The notes under the pieces were generated by a model that did no database searches, was not told the origin of the DNA, and saw only the letters and a program-made list of their open reading frames with translations. From Candidatus Eiseniibacteriota bacterium (GTDB lineage: Bacteria > Eisenbacteria > RBG-16-71-46): a DNA stretch of 64,000 nucleotides. The DNA lies in assembly GCA_963776245.1 (NCBI GenBank), contig CAVZLN010000003.1:608001-672000 (forward strand). The letters are read 5' to 3'. The translations under genes were made by a program, and so were the position numbers. Below, piece after piece: positions 34,652 through 44,000 of this stretch; the first letter of the stretch is position 1, and every line of letters starts with the position of its first letter.

Positions 34652-35839
34652 CTATTCGTTGATCCGCAGGAGCTGGAAGATCTCCTGGTTCGTCTTCCAC
34701 CGGTTCAGCAGGTCGAGCAGCTTGGTCATCGCCTCCTGCGGATGCAGCCCGGCGAGGCCGCGCCGCAGCAGGTGGAGTCGCGGCACCACGTCGGCGGGGT
34801 AGAGCTTCTCCTCCTTGCGCGTTCCGCTCTTGGCGATGTCGATGGCCGGGTAGATGCGACGCTCGGCCAGCTCGCGCGCGAGCACCAGCTCCATATTGCC
34901 GGTGCCCTTGAACTCCTCGAAGATCACCTGGTCCATCCGCGACCCGGTGTCCACCAGCGCGGTGCCGACGATGGTGAGCGAGCCCCCGTCCTCGATCTTG
35001 CGCGCGGCACCGAAGATCTGCCGGGGCGACTGCATGGCCGAGGAATCGAGGCCGCCCGACATGGTGCGCCCGCTGCCCTCGGAGCCGGCGTTGTAGGCGC
35101 GCGCGAGCCGGGTGATGGAATCGAGCAGGAGCACCACGTCCTTGCCCTCGAGCACCTGGCTCGCCACCACCTCCATGGCGTACTCCGAGGTCTCGATGTG
35201 CTCCTCGATGCTCATGTCGCTCGAGGCCGCGATCACGTTGGCGGGCGTGTTGCGCTTGAAGTCCGTGACCTCTTCGGGGCGCTCGTCCACCAGCAGGGCG
35301 TACACGCCGACCTCGGGATGGTTGTGCGCGATCGAGTTGGCGATGATCTGGAGGATGCGGGTCTTGCCCGCCTTGGGCGGGGAGACGATGAGGCAACGCT
35401 GGCCGCGGCCGATGGGAGCGATCAGGTCGATGGCCCGCCCGGTGATGCGGTCGCCGTACGGTGGATTGCCCTGGCCGGGAGGGAGCTCGAGGATCAGGCG
35501 CTGGATCGGATCGAGCGCGACTCCCGCCTGCTGCATGTCGCGCAGGACCTCGAGCCCGCGGTGCTGGTCGCGGCCGCCGCCCGCGTTCCGGGTGCGCCGC
35601 CGGCGCTGTCCCGCGAGCGGCCGCTGTCCGCCGTTGCCCGGTGCCGGCCCCTGTCCCGCGTACGGCTGTGGCGCGGCGTTGCTGAGTGGATGCCCGCCCC
35701 CGCGCGGGCGGCGCCGCCGGCGTCGAGAAGCGCCCTGCCCGGGCTGGGCGGGCGGCGAGCTGGGCTGCCCCTGTGGATCCATCGCGCCTCCCGCGGGTGC
35801 GGGACGCGGTCCTCGGGGGCGACGGCGACGCTGTCTCAT
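34652..35839 (-). CDS. rho: Transcription termination factor Rho variant lacking the OB-fold RNA-binding domain
   Basis: [53 protein letters not shown]-terminus Arg/Gly/Pro-rich; AAGGA RBS. Confidence 0.9.
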   Translation of the reverse strand: MRQRRRRPRGPRPAPAGGAMDPQGQPSSPPAQPGQGASRRRRRRPRGGGHPLSNAAPQPYAGQGPAPGNGGQRPLAGQRRRRTRNAGGGRDQHRGLEVLRDMQQAGVALDPIQRLILELPPGQGNPPYGDRITGRAIDLIAPIGRGQRCLIVSPPKAGKTRILQIIANSIAHNHPEVGVYALLVDERPEEVTDFKRNTPANVIAASSDMSIEEHIETSEYAMEVVASQVLEGKDVVLLLDSITRLARAYNAGSEGSGRTMSGGLDSSAMQSPRQIFGAARKIEDGGSLTIVGTALVDTGSRMDQVIFEEFKGTGNMELVLARELAERRIYPAIDIAKSGTRKEEKLYPADVVPRLHLLRRGLAGLHPQEAMTKLLDLLNRWKTNQEIFQLLRINE

Positions 35840-36044
35840 CGAAGGCGTTCCTTGGGAGTCCGCAGTGACGTCCTGCGGGTGGGGATGTGCGCCCGCGCCA
35901 CATCGGCACGGTGGGGCCCGGGGTTCGGGCGCGTCGGGACGTGCGCGCGCCGCCGCTCGGCGGCACACGCGGGTCAACGCTGCTGCGTGTCGCGCTCCAC
36001 TTCGTCGGCGCCAGCCGGGGACTCGATCGCACCGGGCCCGGCGG

Positions 36045-36305
36045 TGGTGGAGGAGAGGCTCAGAACCTCGGTGAATCCCGGAGAACGAACCGACCGGCTC
36101 GGACGCCCTGGCGTCGGCGCCACGCTCGGCCGCTTCCGTCCTGCACGCTCACCTGCTCGCTTCGACCTTCGCGGGCCCGGCCGCGGCGCGCTCGGGCGCG
36201 GCGCTGGCATGGAGCGGTACAAGGGCGGAAGGCCGACCGCGGGAGAAGGGCACGGACGCGATGTCGCGGTCGTCCGGGACGACAACCCTCCTCGGAAGGG
36301 CGTGC
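36045..36305 (-). ncRNA. Candidate rod-shaped ncRNA B (or structured rho leader)
   Basis: Starts just after a near-consensus promoter; extensive end-to-end pairing; similar to RNA A. Confidence 0.55.
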
Positions 36306-36311
36306 GCGCGC

Positions 36312-36340
36312 ATTATCCCCGCGACCCGGTCACTTGTCCA
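36312..36340 (-). promoter_or_regulatory. sigma70-type promoter for RNA B / rho
   Basis: TGGACA-N17-GATAAT. Confidence 0.7.
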
Positions 36341-36371
36341 GCCCCGCGCGCAACCACCCCGCGCGCCGGGG

Positions 36372-36926
36372 TCAGGCGCCCGCGCCTCCGCGCCACTCGA
36401 TATCCTCGACGCCCGCACGGCGCAGACTCCAGCGCGCCATCACGAACAGCAGGTCGGCGAGACGGTTGAGGTAGCGGACCAGCCGCGGCTCCACCTGCTC
36501 CACCTGCATCAACTCCACCACCCGGCGCTCGGCGCGCCGGCAGACCGCGCGCGCCACGTGCAATTCCGCCGCCAGCGGCGTGCCGCCGGGCAGCACGAAC
36601 GAGGTCAGGGGCGCGAGCTCCTCCTCGAGCCGGTCGATGGCGCGCTCGAGCGCCGCCACGTCGTCGTCCCCCAGCCGGACGAGCTTCGAGAGCGCCCGGG
36701 GGTCGGAAGTGGCCAGCTCCGCCCCCAGCTGGAACAACTGGGCCTGGACACCCCCGAGCGTGAGGTCGAGCCAGCGCTCGGCGTCGAGGGTGCGGACGCG
36801 CCCCAGCACCGCGTTCAGCTCGTCCACCCCACCGTAGCATTCCACCCGGAGGGCGCACTTGAGCACCCGGCCGGGACCCAAGAGCCCGGTGGTGCCATCG
36901 TCTCCGGTCCGCGTGTAGATCCTCAT
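36372..36926 (-). CDS. PduO-type cob(I)alamin adenosyltransferase
   Basis: MRIYTRTGDDGTT, YGGVDELN, FVLPGG, CRRAERR, YLNRLADLLF. Confidence 0.93.
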   Translation of the reverse strand: MRIYTRTGDDGTTGLLGPGRVLKCALRVECYGGVDELNAVLGRVRTLDAERWLDLTLGGVQAQLFQLGAELATSDPRALSKLVRLGDDDVAALERAIDRLEEELAPLTSFVLPGGTPLAAELHVARAVCRRAERRVVELMQVEQVEPRLVRYLNRLADLLFVMARWSLRRAGVEDIEWRGGAGA

Positions 36927-37135
36927 GTGCCGCAGTCTAGGGGTCACCCCGCGACCGGACAAGCCCGCGCGCCATCCGACCGGCGCCCGCCCGCCCTCCA
37001 CCATGTACCCGGCGACGGGGTCGCGCCCCCGCCCGACCGGCCCCGGGGCCCGCCGCACGCCTTGCCACGCCGAGCGCGCGGGGGCATCATGGGTGCCCTC
37101 ATTCGAGCCCGACCCCACACTCACCCGCGAGGCCC

Positions 37136-39847
37136 ATGCCCATCCGCGAATCGCTTCCTCCCGTGCTGCGCGGCGAGGACGCCGCCGACCTGGCGCCCGA
37201 CTCGCGCCAGCGCCTCGAAGCCATCGCGCACGATGCGCAGACCGAGAATCGCCTGGTGCAGGTGCGCGACGAGTGCGCCGGCCGGCTGCGGCAGCCCCAC
37301 GCGACCCTCGGCGTCGAGTACCTGCTCGCGGCCGTCTGCGCGCTGAACGGCGAGGTCGAGCGCGCTCACCAGACGCTGCTCGCCCTTGGCGAGAAGCTCG
37401 CGGACGAGGCCCGGTGGGAGGCCCTCGCCGCGGTCGCCGAGCGCGCCCTCGATCTCGAGACCACGCGCGCCGCTGCCCGGCTGCTGGTGCGCGCGCACGA
37501 GGGCCTGCGCAAGGACCCCGAGCGCATCGACGCCATGGCGCGCGCGTGGGCGGTGATGCCCGACGATCTCGAGCTCGGGCTGCTGTTCGCGGTGCGCCTC
37601 GGAGAGGCGGGGCAGGACGACAACCGCCGCGAGCTGCTCGTCGAGCTGCTGCCGCAGTTCGCCGCGCAATCGCGCTGGGCCGGCCTCGAGGAGGCGGCGC
37701 TGGAGTTCGCGGAGCGCGGTCACATCGAGGGCATGACGGCGCTCGTGCGCGTGCTGCCGGAGATCGCCGCGCAGGGCGCCACCGCCGAGGTGAGGCAGCT
37801 GGTGGCGATCGTCTTCCCGCCGCTCGCCGCGGCGGGCCACGCGGCGGCGTGCGAGCAGGACCTGCGCGCGCTCGTCCGCATCGCGGGGGAGAAGGACGGC
37901 CCGGACGCGGCCGAGCCGTTCCGCGACGCGCTGGTCGAGTCCGTGCGCCGCGGTTCGGCGGCCTCGCTGCCCGGCGCGGCGGCGGTGCTCGCCCAGTCCG
38001 GGCTCCCCGACCGCGAGAAGCCGCTGCTCGAATCGCTCGCGCGCTTCGACACCATCGCCGCGCTCGCGCCCGGGCGCCCGGTGTTCCACTCCACCTTCGG
38101 CGCCGGCCGCGTGGCGCGGAACGACGGCGAGCACGTGTTCCTCGACTTCGCGAACGCCAAGGGCCACCGCATGCCGTACACCGCCGCGATGCGTTCGCTG
38201 GCGCCGGTGGCCGAGGACGACCTGCGCCTGGTGAAGGCGATCGCCCCCGCCGATCTGGCGCGCCTGTGCGCCGAGGAGCCCGGCGAGGTCGTGGTGCGCG
38301 CGCTCAAGGCGGTCGGGGGCGCGGGCGATGCGCAGAAGCTCAAGGTGTTCCTGGTGGGCTCGGACATCGTGCCGGCCAAGGAGTGGACCACGTTCTGGCG
38401 CAAGGCGCGCGGCGCCGCCGAGAAGGACCCGCGGATCGACCACGCGCGCGCGTTCGAGCAGCATTACCGCCTGGCGCCCGAGGGCGCCGGCGCGGCCGAC
38501 CGCACCCCGCTGCCGGCGCTCGAGCCGCGCAAGCCGGTGAAGAGCAACCTGGTCATGCTGCGCAAGTTCCTCGCCCAGCATCCCGGGCTCGATCGCGCCG
38601 CGGCGCAGCGTTTCGGACGCTACATCGAGCGCGCGATGCAGGACGAGACCGCGGACCGGACCGACCGCGCGCGGGCCGGGCTGTGGTTCGCGCGCTGGTT
38701 CCCGGAGCGACGCGACGAGTGGGCGACGGTGCTGCGCGACCTCTGGGAGCTGGGGCTCGCGGTGATCGACCTGCCGAACGAGGACGAGCAGCAGGCCCTG
38801 CTCGACATGTCGCACGCCGCGGGCGTGGAGGCCGACGCGATCCTGTCGGGGCTCGACTCGCGTTTCGGCACCGTGCGCGAGACGGCCGCGCGCCTGCGCG
38901 ACAGTCTCGACGACACCGGCCGCGCAGAGCTGCGGCGCACGCTGTTGCAGCACGCGCCCCGCTACCCGACCGCCGCCCTGCGCCTGATCGAGGAGATCCT
39001 CGACCAGCGCCTCGATGTCGAGACCACCTGGAAGGCGTTCCACGCCGCGCTCACGATCGTCGAGGACAAGCCCAAGCCCTCGGTGGCCGAGAAGGTGATG
39101 CGGTGGCTCGAGCCGGCCGGCGACTTCGACGCGCGCCTCGACGGCGAGCCGTGCCCGGAGGACATGCGCCTGCGGATCCGCGTGCTGTTGCGCCAGTGGC
39201 GGTCGAGCGATCGCTATCTGTTCCCCGCCATGGAGGCCGCGGAGCGCCTGGGGCTGGCGGAGGAAGCGCAGGCGGTGCGCGACGCGCGACAGAAGAGCAC
39301 CGACCGGCTGTTCGAGGGCGTCGGGCAGCAGGCCGAAGCCACCGCCCTGCCGGTCATGACGCGGGCGACGTGGACGCGCCTGAAGGGGGAGCTCGAGCGC
39401 CTCGGACACGAACTGCGCACGACCATCCCGCAGACCATCCGCAAGGCGCGCGAACTGGGCGACCTGCGCGAGAACGCCGAGTACCACTCGGCCAAGCTCA
39501 AGCAGGCGAACATGAGCCGCCTGGTGGCGGCGCTCCAGCTCAAGATCACGCGCGCGCGCTTCGTCGAGAACGCCGAGTACAAGGACGGCGTCATCGGCCT
39601 CGGCAGCGAGGTGGTGCTCGAGAGCGACGACGACGTCACGACCTACTGGATCCTCGGCGAAGGCGAGCACCATCACGGCGACCATGTGATCTCGTTCCAG
39701 ACCACGGTCGGCCGCGCGCTCATGGGGCGCGGCATCGGGGACGAGGTCGAGATCGGCGAAGGGGACCAGCGCCGCCGCTGGCGCGTGGTCTCGATCGAGA
39801 GGCGCCTGCCGCCGGTCGAGCCCGGCGACGTGCCCGCGAACGGATAG
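37136..39847 (+). CDS. greA: Large GreA/GreB-family factor with ~730-aa N-terminal extension
   Basis: C-terminal KARELGDLRENAEYHSAK, ISFQTTVGRALMG; helical N-terminus. Confidence 0.85.
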   Translation: MPIRESLPPVLRGEDAADLAPDSRQRLEAIAHDAQTENRLVQVRDECAGRLRQPHATLGVEYLLAAVCALNGEVERAHQTLLALGEKLADEARWEALAAVAERALDLETTRAAARLLVRAHEGLRKDPERIDAMARAWAVMPDDLELGLLFAVRLGEAGQDDNRRELLVELLPQFAAQSRWAGLEEAALEFAERGHIEGMTALVRVLPEIAAQGATAEVRQLVAIVFPPLAAAGHAAACEQDLRALVRIAGEKDGPDAAEPFRDALVESVRRGSAASLPGAAAVLAQSGLPDREKPLLESLARFDTIAALAPGRPVFHSTFGAGRVARNDGEHVFLDFANAKGHRMPYTAAMRSLAPVAEDDLRLVKAIAPADLARLCAEEPGEVVVRALKAVGGAGDAQKLKVFLVGSDIVPAKEWTTFWRKARGAAEKDPRIDHARAFEQHYRLAPEGAGAADRTPLPALEPRKPVKSNLVMLRKFLAQHPGLDRAAAQRFGRYIERAMQDETADRTDRARAGLWFARWFPERRDEWATVLRDLWELGLAVIDLPNEDEQQALLDMSHAAGVEADAILSGLDSRFGTVRETAARLRDSLDDTGRAELRRTLLQHAPRYPTAALRLIEEILDQRLDVETTWKAFHAALTIVEDKPKPSVAEKVMRWLEPAGDFDARLDGEPCPEDMRLRIRVLLRQWRSSDRYLFPAMEAAERLGLAEEAQAVRDARQKSTDRLFEGVGQQAEATALPVMTRATWTRLKGELERLGHELRTTIPQTIRKARELGDLRENAEYHSAKLKQANMSRLVAALQLKITRARFVENAEYKDGVIGLGSEVVLESDDDVTTYWILGEGEHHHGDHVISFQTTVGRALMGRGIGDEVEIGEGDQRRRWRVVSIERRLPPVEPGDVPANG

Positions 39848-39964
39848 CACGAGCGGCGCGGCGTCCGGCCGGCGAGCCGGCGCGCGAGAACGGATGTGAA
39901 GGGCGCTGTCAAGCCCGCGCGGTCCCGGCGGTCGGGGCCCCGAACGGGCGCCGAAAAAAGCCGT

Positions 39965-39993
39965 TTGTCGCGCGGCACGTGCCGCGCTATGTT
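39965..39993 (+). promoter_or_regulatory. sigma70 promoter with an 18-bp perfect palindrome as spacer
   Basis: TTGTCG-N17-TATGTT; GCGCGGCACGTGCCGCGC at 39970-39987. Confidence 0.55.
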
Positions 39994-40100
39994 GCTCGCC
40001 ACGTTGTTCAGTGAGTTTCCGCGCTGCGCGGGACGCGACGCGCGCCGGACCGACATCGAATGCACACACGCCCCGGATCGAGTGCCCCCGATACGCTCGT

Positions 40101-40197
40101 GGTGGGCGGCGAAGACATTGAAGTTTGGCCGCACCGGAAAGGCGGTCTGCGGATCGCCCCGTACGTTGGGTCGGAAAGGGAATTCCCGCCGCCCACC
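40101..40197 (+). ncRNA. Candidate structured RNA E in the leader of the B3/B4 gene
   Basis: 11-bp closing stem GGTGGGCGGCG/CGCCGCCCACC enclosing internal hairpins. Confidence 0.4.
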
Positions 40198-40268
40198 TTG
40201 CTTCATGCCGAGAGCCGTCGGCGTGGAGGCCGACGCGCCGGCTGAGCGCGGGCCGAGTTCCACATCCC

Positions 40269-40955
40269 ATGTCGCTCCAGGCCCGCCTCCAGTCTCTGGC
40301 GCTCGTGGTGGACGATGCGCTCCGCGGCACCGTGGCCATCGGCATCCTCGAGGCCGCGGGGGTGCGCCAGGATCCGCTCTCCCCGGAGTTCCACGCCGAG
40401 CGCGAGCGGCTCGAGGCCAGCCTGCTCCAGCAGCATGGCACGCGCCCGCCCGCCGATGTCCCCGGCGTGGCCGAGACGCGCGCGCTGTTCCACCGCCTCG
40501 ACATCGACCCCACCAAGACGCGCCCGAGCAGCGAGGCGCTGCTGCGCCGGGTGCTCCAGGGCAAGGGGTTGCCGGTGGTGCTGCCGGCGGTGGACGTGTG
40601 CAACCTGTGCTCGCTCGAATCCCAGATCCCGCTCGGGCTCTACGACCGCGAGCGGGTGAAGGGGGCGATCCGCGTGCGGGTGGGCAAGCCGGGCGAGGGC
40701 TACGCGGGGATCCGCAAGCAGCGCGTGAACCTCGCCGGGCGGCTGATGCTGGCCGACGAGAGCGGCCCCTTCGGGGCCCCCACCGCGGACTCGCTGCACA
40801 CCGCGGTCACCGCGGACACGGCGCGCCTGCTGGTGGTGCTGTTCTGCCCGACCGAGCGGGCCGCGGCCGACCTCTCGGGTGCCATGGAACGCATCGCCGA
40901 CCTCCTCGGGCGTTTCTGCGCGGCCACCGTGGAGGCCGTCCGCATCGTGCAATAG
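40269..40955 (+). CDS. Stand-alone B3/B4 (PheRS-beta editing-like) domain protein
   Basis: DPTKTRPSSEALLRRV, VDVCNLCSL, PLGLYD, GPFGAPTADS. Confidence 0.85.
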   Translation: MSLQARLQSLALVVDDALRGTVAIGILEAAGVRQDPLSPEFHAERERLEASLLQQHGTRPPADVPGVAETRALFHRLDIDPTKTRPSSEALLRRVLQGKGLPVVLPAVDVCNLCSLESQIPLGLYDRERVKGAIRVRVGKPGEGYAGIRKQRVNLAGRLMLADESGPFGAPTADSLHTAVTADTARLLVVLFCPTERAAADLSGAMERIADLLGRFCAATVEAVRIVQ

Positions 40956-41085
40956 GCGCCGTGGACGCGGCGTCTTGCCGCTTGAAATCGCCGGGAGCGC
41001 TTCCTACAGTCGGCCCTCGGCTCGCTCCCCGCCGGCCGCGCACCATCATCTGCTCCGCTCCTCCGGAGCACAGGAGGGTCCACCG

Positions 41086-41637
41086 ATGAAGCGCCAGGTC
41101 TCGGCCGCGCTGATCGTCCTCGCCCTGGCCGCCCGCGCGCCCGACGCGCGCGCGGTGTCCATCGGAGCCGAGGCGTTCGGCGGCATGAGCGTCCCGATCC
41201 TGCAGGCCGATTCCGAACAGGGCACCGTGTTCGGGCTGCGCGCTCCCGTGAGCGTGATGTCGTTGCTCACCGTCGAACCTTGGTTCGCGAAGTCCGCGCT
41301 GGGCGCCAAGAGCGCCGAGATCGCCGGGCTCCCGTACGAGCGCGACGGTGGCGACCTCACGGGGTACGGCCTCAACGCCCGTCTCGGCGGGCCCCCCGGT
41401 CCCGGGCTCTCGTTCTTCCCGTACGTGGGGTTGGGCTCGTATCATCTGGCGCGCAAGGGCTCGGCCGACATCGACGAACTGGGGTACGACCTCGGCGCGG
41501 GCCTCACGCTGACGCCGATGCCCAGGCTCGGCATCGGGCTGCGGGGCCAATTCACCATGATCCCCACCCGCGGGACCTCGCGGAAGTACGGCGAGGTGCA
41601 GGTCGGGGTCTCGTATTCCATCCTCCGCCTGCCGTGA
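41086..41637 (+). CDS. Outer-membrane beta-barrel protein
   Basis: AGGAGG RBS, signal peptide, FPYVGLG, GYDLGAG, QVGVSY. Confidence 0.75.
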   Translation: MKRQVSAALIVLALAARAPDARAVSIGAEAFGGMSVPILQADSEQGTVFGLRAPVSVMSLLTVEPWFAKSALGAKSAEIAGLPYERDGGDLTGYGLNARLGGPPGPGLSFFPYVGLGSYHLARKGSADIDELGYDLGAGLTLTPMPRLGIGLRGQFTMIPTRGTSRKYGEVQVGVSYSILRLP

Positions 41638-41651
41638 CGAGGACTCCCGCG

Positions 41652-42206
41652 ATGAAGAACCTCCGCTGGGCCCTGCCGATCGCCGCACTCGCCGGACTGC
41701 TGTCGTCGGGATGCGTCCTGACCTCGGCCCAGGTCATGGCGACCTACGATCTGCCGAACCCGCTCACGATCGTGAACACCTCCACGCTCCAGCACGTCGA
41801 TGTCGACCTGAACGAGGTCCAGGACTACCGGGACCACAAGGACAAGCTCAAGGACGTGGTGGATCTCGCGTTCCTCGGAAGGTTCGTCAATCGGGCCGGC
41901 AGCCCGGCGCTCGGTGTGAGCGTGTACATCACGCCGGGGATCACCGACCACCCGGACCAGGCCTCCGTCATCTCCGACCCCGCCGCGGTCCGGGTCTGGG
42001 GGCCGCTCGACCTTCCCGCCGGGACCTCCACCACCGACATCGGGTGGGACCGATCCGCCGCCCTGTTCGGCGCCGGCAAGAGCGCGCTGATCGACGAGAT
42101 CAAGGGCGACGGGCGGTTCTCGCTCTACCTCGTGAGCAGCATGGGGACCCACAGCGTCGAGATCCGCAACGGCGCGCTGGTGCTGGTCCTCGCCGGCGGG
42201 CTGTGA
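41652..42206 (+). CDS. Hypothetical lipoprotein
   Basis: Signal peptide with lipobox LSSGC. Confidence 0.7.
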   Translation: MKNLRWALPIAALAGLLSSGCVLTSAQVMATYDLPNPLTIVNTSTLQHVDVDLNEVQDYRDHKDKLKDVVDLAFLGRFVNRAGSPALGVSVYITPGITDHPDQASVISDPAAVRVWGPLDLPAGTSTTDIGWDRSAALFGAGKSALIDEIKGDGRFSLYLVSSMGTHSVEIRNGALVLVLAGGL

Positions 42207-42221
42207 ACCGGAGCTCCGCGC

Positions 42222-43952
42222 TCAGCCCTTCCAGCCGTTGGTGATGGGCAGCCGCCGGTCCTTGCCGAACGCGCGCGGGGTGATCTTGATGCCGGGCGGG
42301 CTCTGGCGGCGCTTGTACTCCGCCCGATCCACCATCCGCGCCACGCGCCTCACCGTCGCCTCGTCGTGGCCCAGCGCCACGATCTCACGGATGGCGCGGT
42401 CCTCTTCGACGTACGAGCGCAGGATGGCGTCGAGCACGTCGTAGGGCGGAAGCGTGTCCTGGTCGGTCTGCCCGGGCTTGAGTTCGGCCGTGGGCGGGCG
42501 GGTGAGCACGCGCTCGGGGATGACCGGGGCCGGGCCCAGGGAATTGCGGTGTCGCGCAAGCGCGTACACCGTCGTCTTGTACACGTCCTTGAGCACCGCG
42601 AACCCGCCCGCCGTGTCACCGTAGAGCGTGCTGTAGCCCACCGAGGTCTCGCTCTTGTTGCCGGTGGTGAGCACCAGCCAGCCGAACTTGTTGGAGAGCG
42701 CCATCAGATAGTTGCCGCGGATGCGGGCCTGCAGGTTCTCCTCGGTGATGTCGGGCGCCCGGCCGGCGAACGCTGTGGACAGCTCGCGGCCATAGGCCTC
42801 GAGCACGCCGCCGATCGGGATGGTCTGGAAGCGCATCCCGAGCCCCAGCGCCAGCGCCTCCGCATCCTCGCGCGACATGCTCGAGGTGTAGTCCGAAGGC
42901 ATGCTCACCCCCACCACCCCGGCGCCGCCCACCGCGTCGGCGGCGATGCAGGCCGTGAGCGCCGAGTCCACGCCGCCCGAGAGCCCGAGCACCGCGGTGG
43001 TGAACCCGTTCTTCGCCAGGTAGTCGCGGGTGCCGAGCACCAGGCCCTCGTAGACCTCGGCCTCGAGCGACTGGGCCGGCCGGGCGACCCGGGGCGCGAG
43101 TGCGCGCTTCGGCGCCGCGGCGGGCGTCGGCAGGTCGATGCGCGCCGCGCCCTCGCCGGAGCCCAGGGCGCGACCCTTGCGCAGGCGGGAGTCGTGGAGC
43201 CGCGCGTTGAAGACCTCGTCGAGGTCCACGTCGGCGACCACCAGGTCCTCGGCGAAGCGCGCCCCCGTCGCGATCACGCGGCCGCCCGGGTCCACGATCA
43301 GGCTGCAGCCGTCGTAGAGGATCTCGTCCTGGCCGCCCACCAGGTTCACGTAGCACACGATGGCGAGATTGTCGGTGGCGCGCGTGCACAACATGCGCTG
43401 GCGCTGCTCCGCCTTGCCGGCGTGGTAGGGCGAGGCGGAGAGGTTCACCAGCACCTCGGCGCCCCCGCGCATCACCTGGTCCTCGACCGCGCCGCCGGGG
43501 TACCAGATGTCCTCGCAGATGCTCACCCCCAGCACGGTCTCCCCGCGCGCGAACACCGGGTTGTGCGTGCCGGGCATGAAGTAGCGGTTCTCGTCGAACA
43601 CGCCATAGTTGGGCAGGTAGCGCTTGCGGTAGGTGCCCGCCCACGCGCCGTCGTGGAGCACGGCGGCGGCGTTGTACAGGTCGCCATCGCGCTCCACGGT
43701 GCCCACCACGACGGTCATCCCCGCGCTGTGCGGCACCAGCGCGCGCGTGTGCTCGACCGCGCTCTCGATGAAGGACGGCCGCAGCAGCAGGTCCTCGGGC
43801 GGGTAGCCGGTGATCGTCATCTCCGGGAAGGCCAGCACGTCCACGCCCAGATCGCGGGCGCGCTCGATGCCGGCCACGACCCGGCGGAAGTTGCCCGCGA
43901 GATCGCCGACCGTGGGATTCGTCTGGCACAGGCCGAGGCGGAGAGGTCGCAT
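42222..43952 (-). CDS. nadE: Glutamine-dependent NAD+ synthetase
   Basis: CN-hydrolase (FPE, LPNYGVFDE, ICEDIW) plus synthetase (GLSGGVDS, ENLQARIRG, TTGNKSE, AEYKRRQ). Confidence 0.96.
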   Translation of the reverse strand: MRPLRLGLCQTNPTVGDLAGNFRRVVAGIERARDLGVDVLAFPEMTITGYPPEDLLLRPSFIESAVEHTRALVPHSAGMTVVVGTVERDGDLYNAAAVLHDGAWAGTYRKRYLPNYGVFDENRYFMPGTHNPVFARGETVLGVSICEDIWYPGGAVEDQVMRGGAEVLVNLSASPYHAGKAEQRQRMLCTRATDNLAIVCYVNLVGGQDEILYDGCSLIVDPGGRVIATGARFAEDLVVADVDLDEVFNARLHDSRLRKGRALGSGEGAARIDLPTPAAAPKRALAPRVARPAQSLEAEVYEGLVLGTRDYLAKNGFTTAVLGLSGGVDSALTACIAADAVGGAGVVGVSMPSDYTSSMSREDAEALALGLGMRFQTIPIGGVLEAYGRELSTAFAGRAPDITEENLQARIRGNYLMALSNKFGWLVLTTGNKSETSVGYSTLYGDTAGGFAVLKDVYKTTVYALARHRNSLGPAPVIPERVLTRPPTAELKPGQTDQDTLPPYDVLDAILRSYVEEDRAIREIVALGHDEATVRRVARMVDRAEYKRRQSPPGIKITPRAFGKDRRLPITNGWKG

Positions 43953-44000
43953 GGGCACGCGATTGTGCGCGTGCGGATGCGGGCGCGCAAGGGTGGCCCC

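Noticed and set aside
36045..36305. tmRNA
   Set aside because: Ends in UCCACCA but lacks the GGGG 5' end, G3-U70, a canonical T-loop and a tag ORF
40101..40197. c-di-GMP-II riboswitch or T-box
   Set aside because: No GGGCAC/GUGCAACC pseudoknot and no UGGNACC T-box motif
37121..40603. Very long alternative-frame ORFs (1160, 1139, 1029, 919 aa and others)
   Set aside because: Shadow ORFs of real genes in high-GC DNA, Arg/Ala/Pro-rich or antisense in-register, with no motifs of their own
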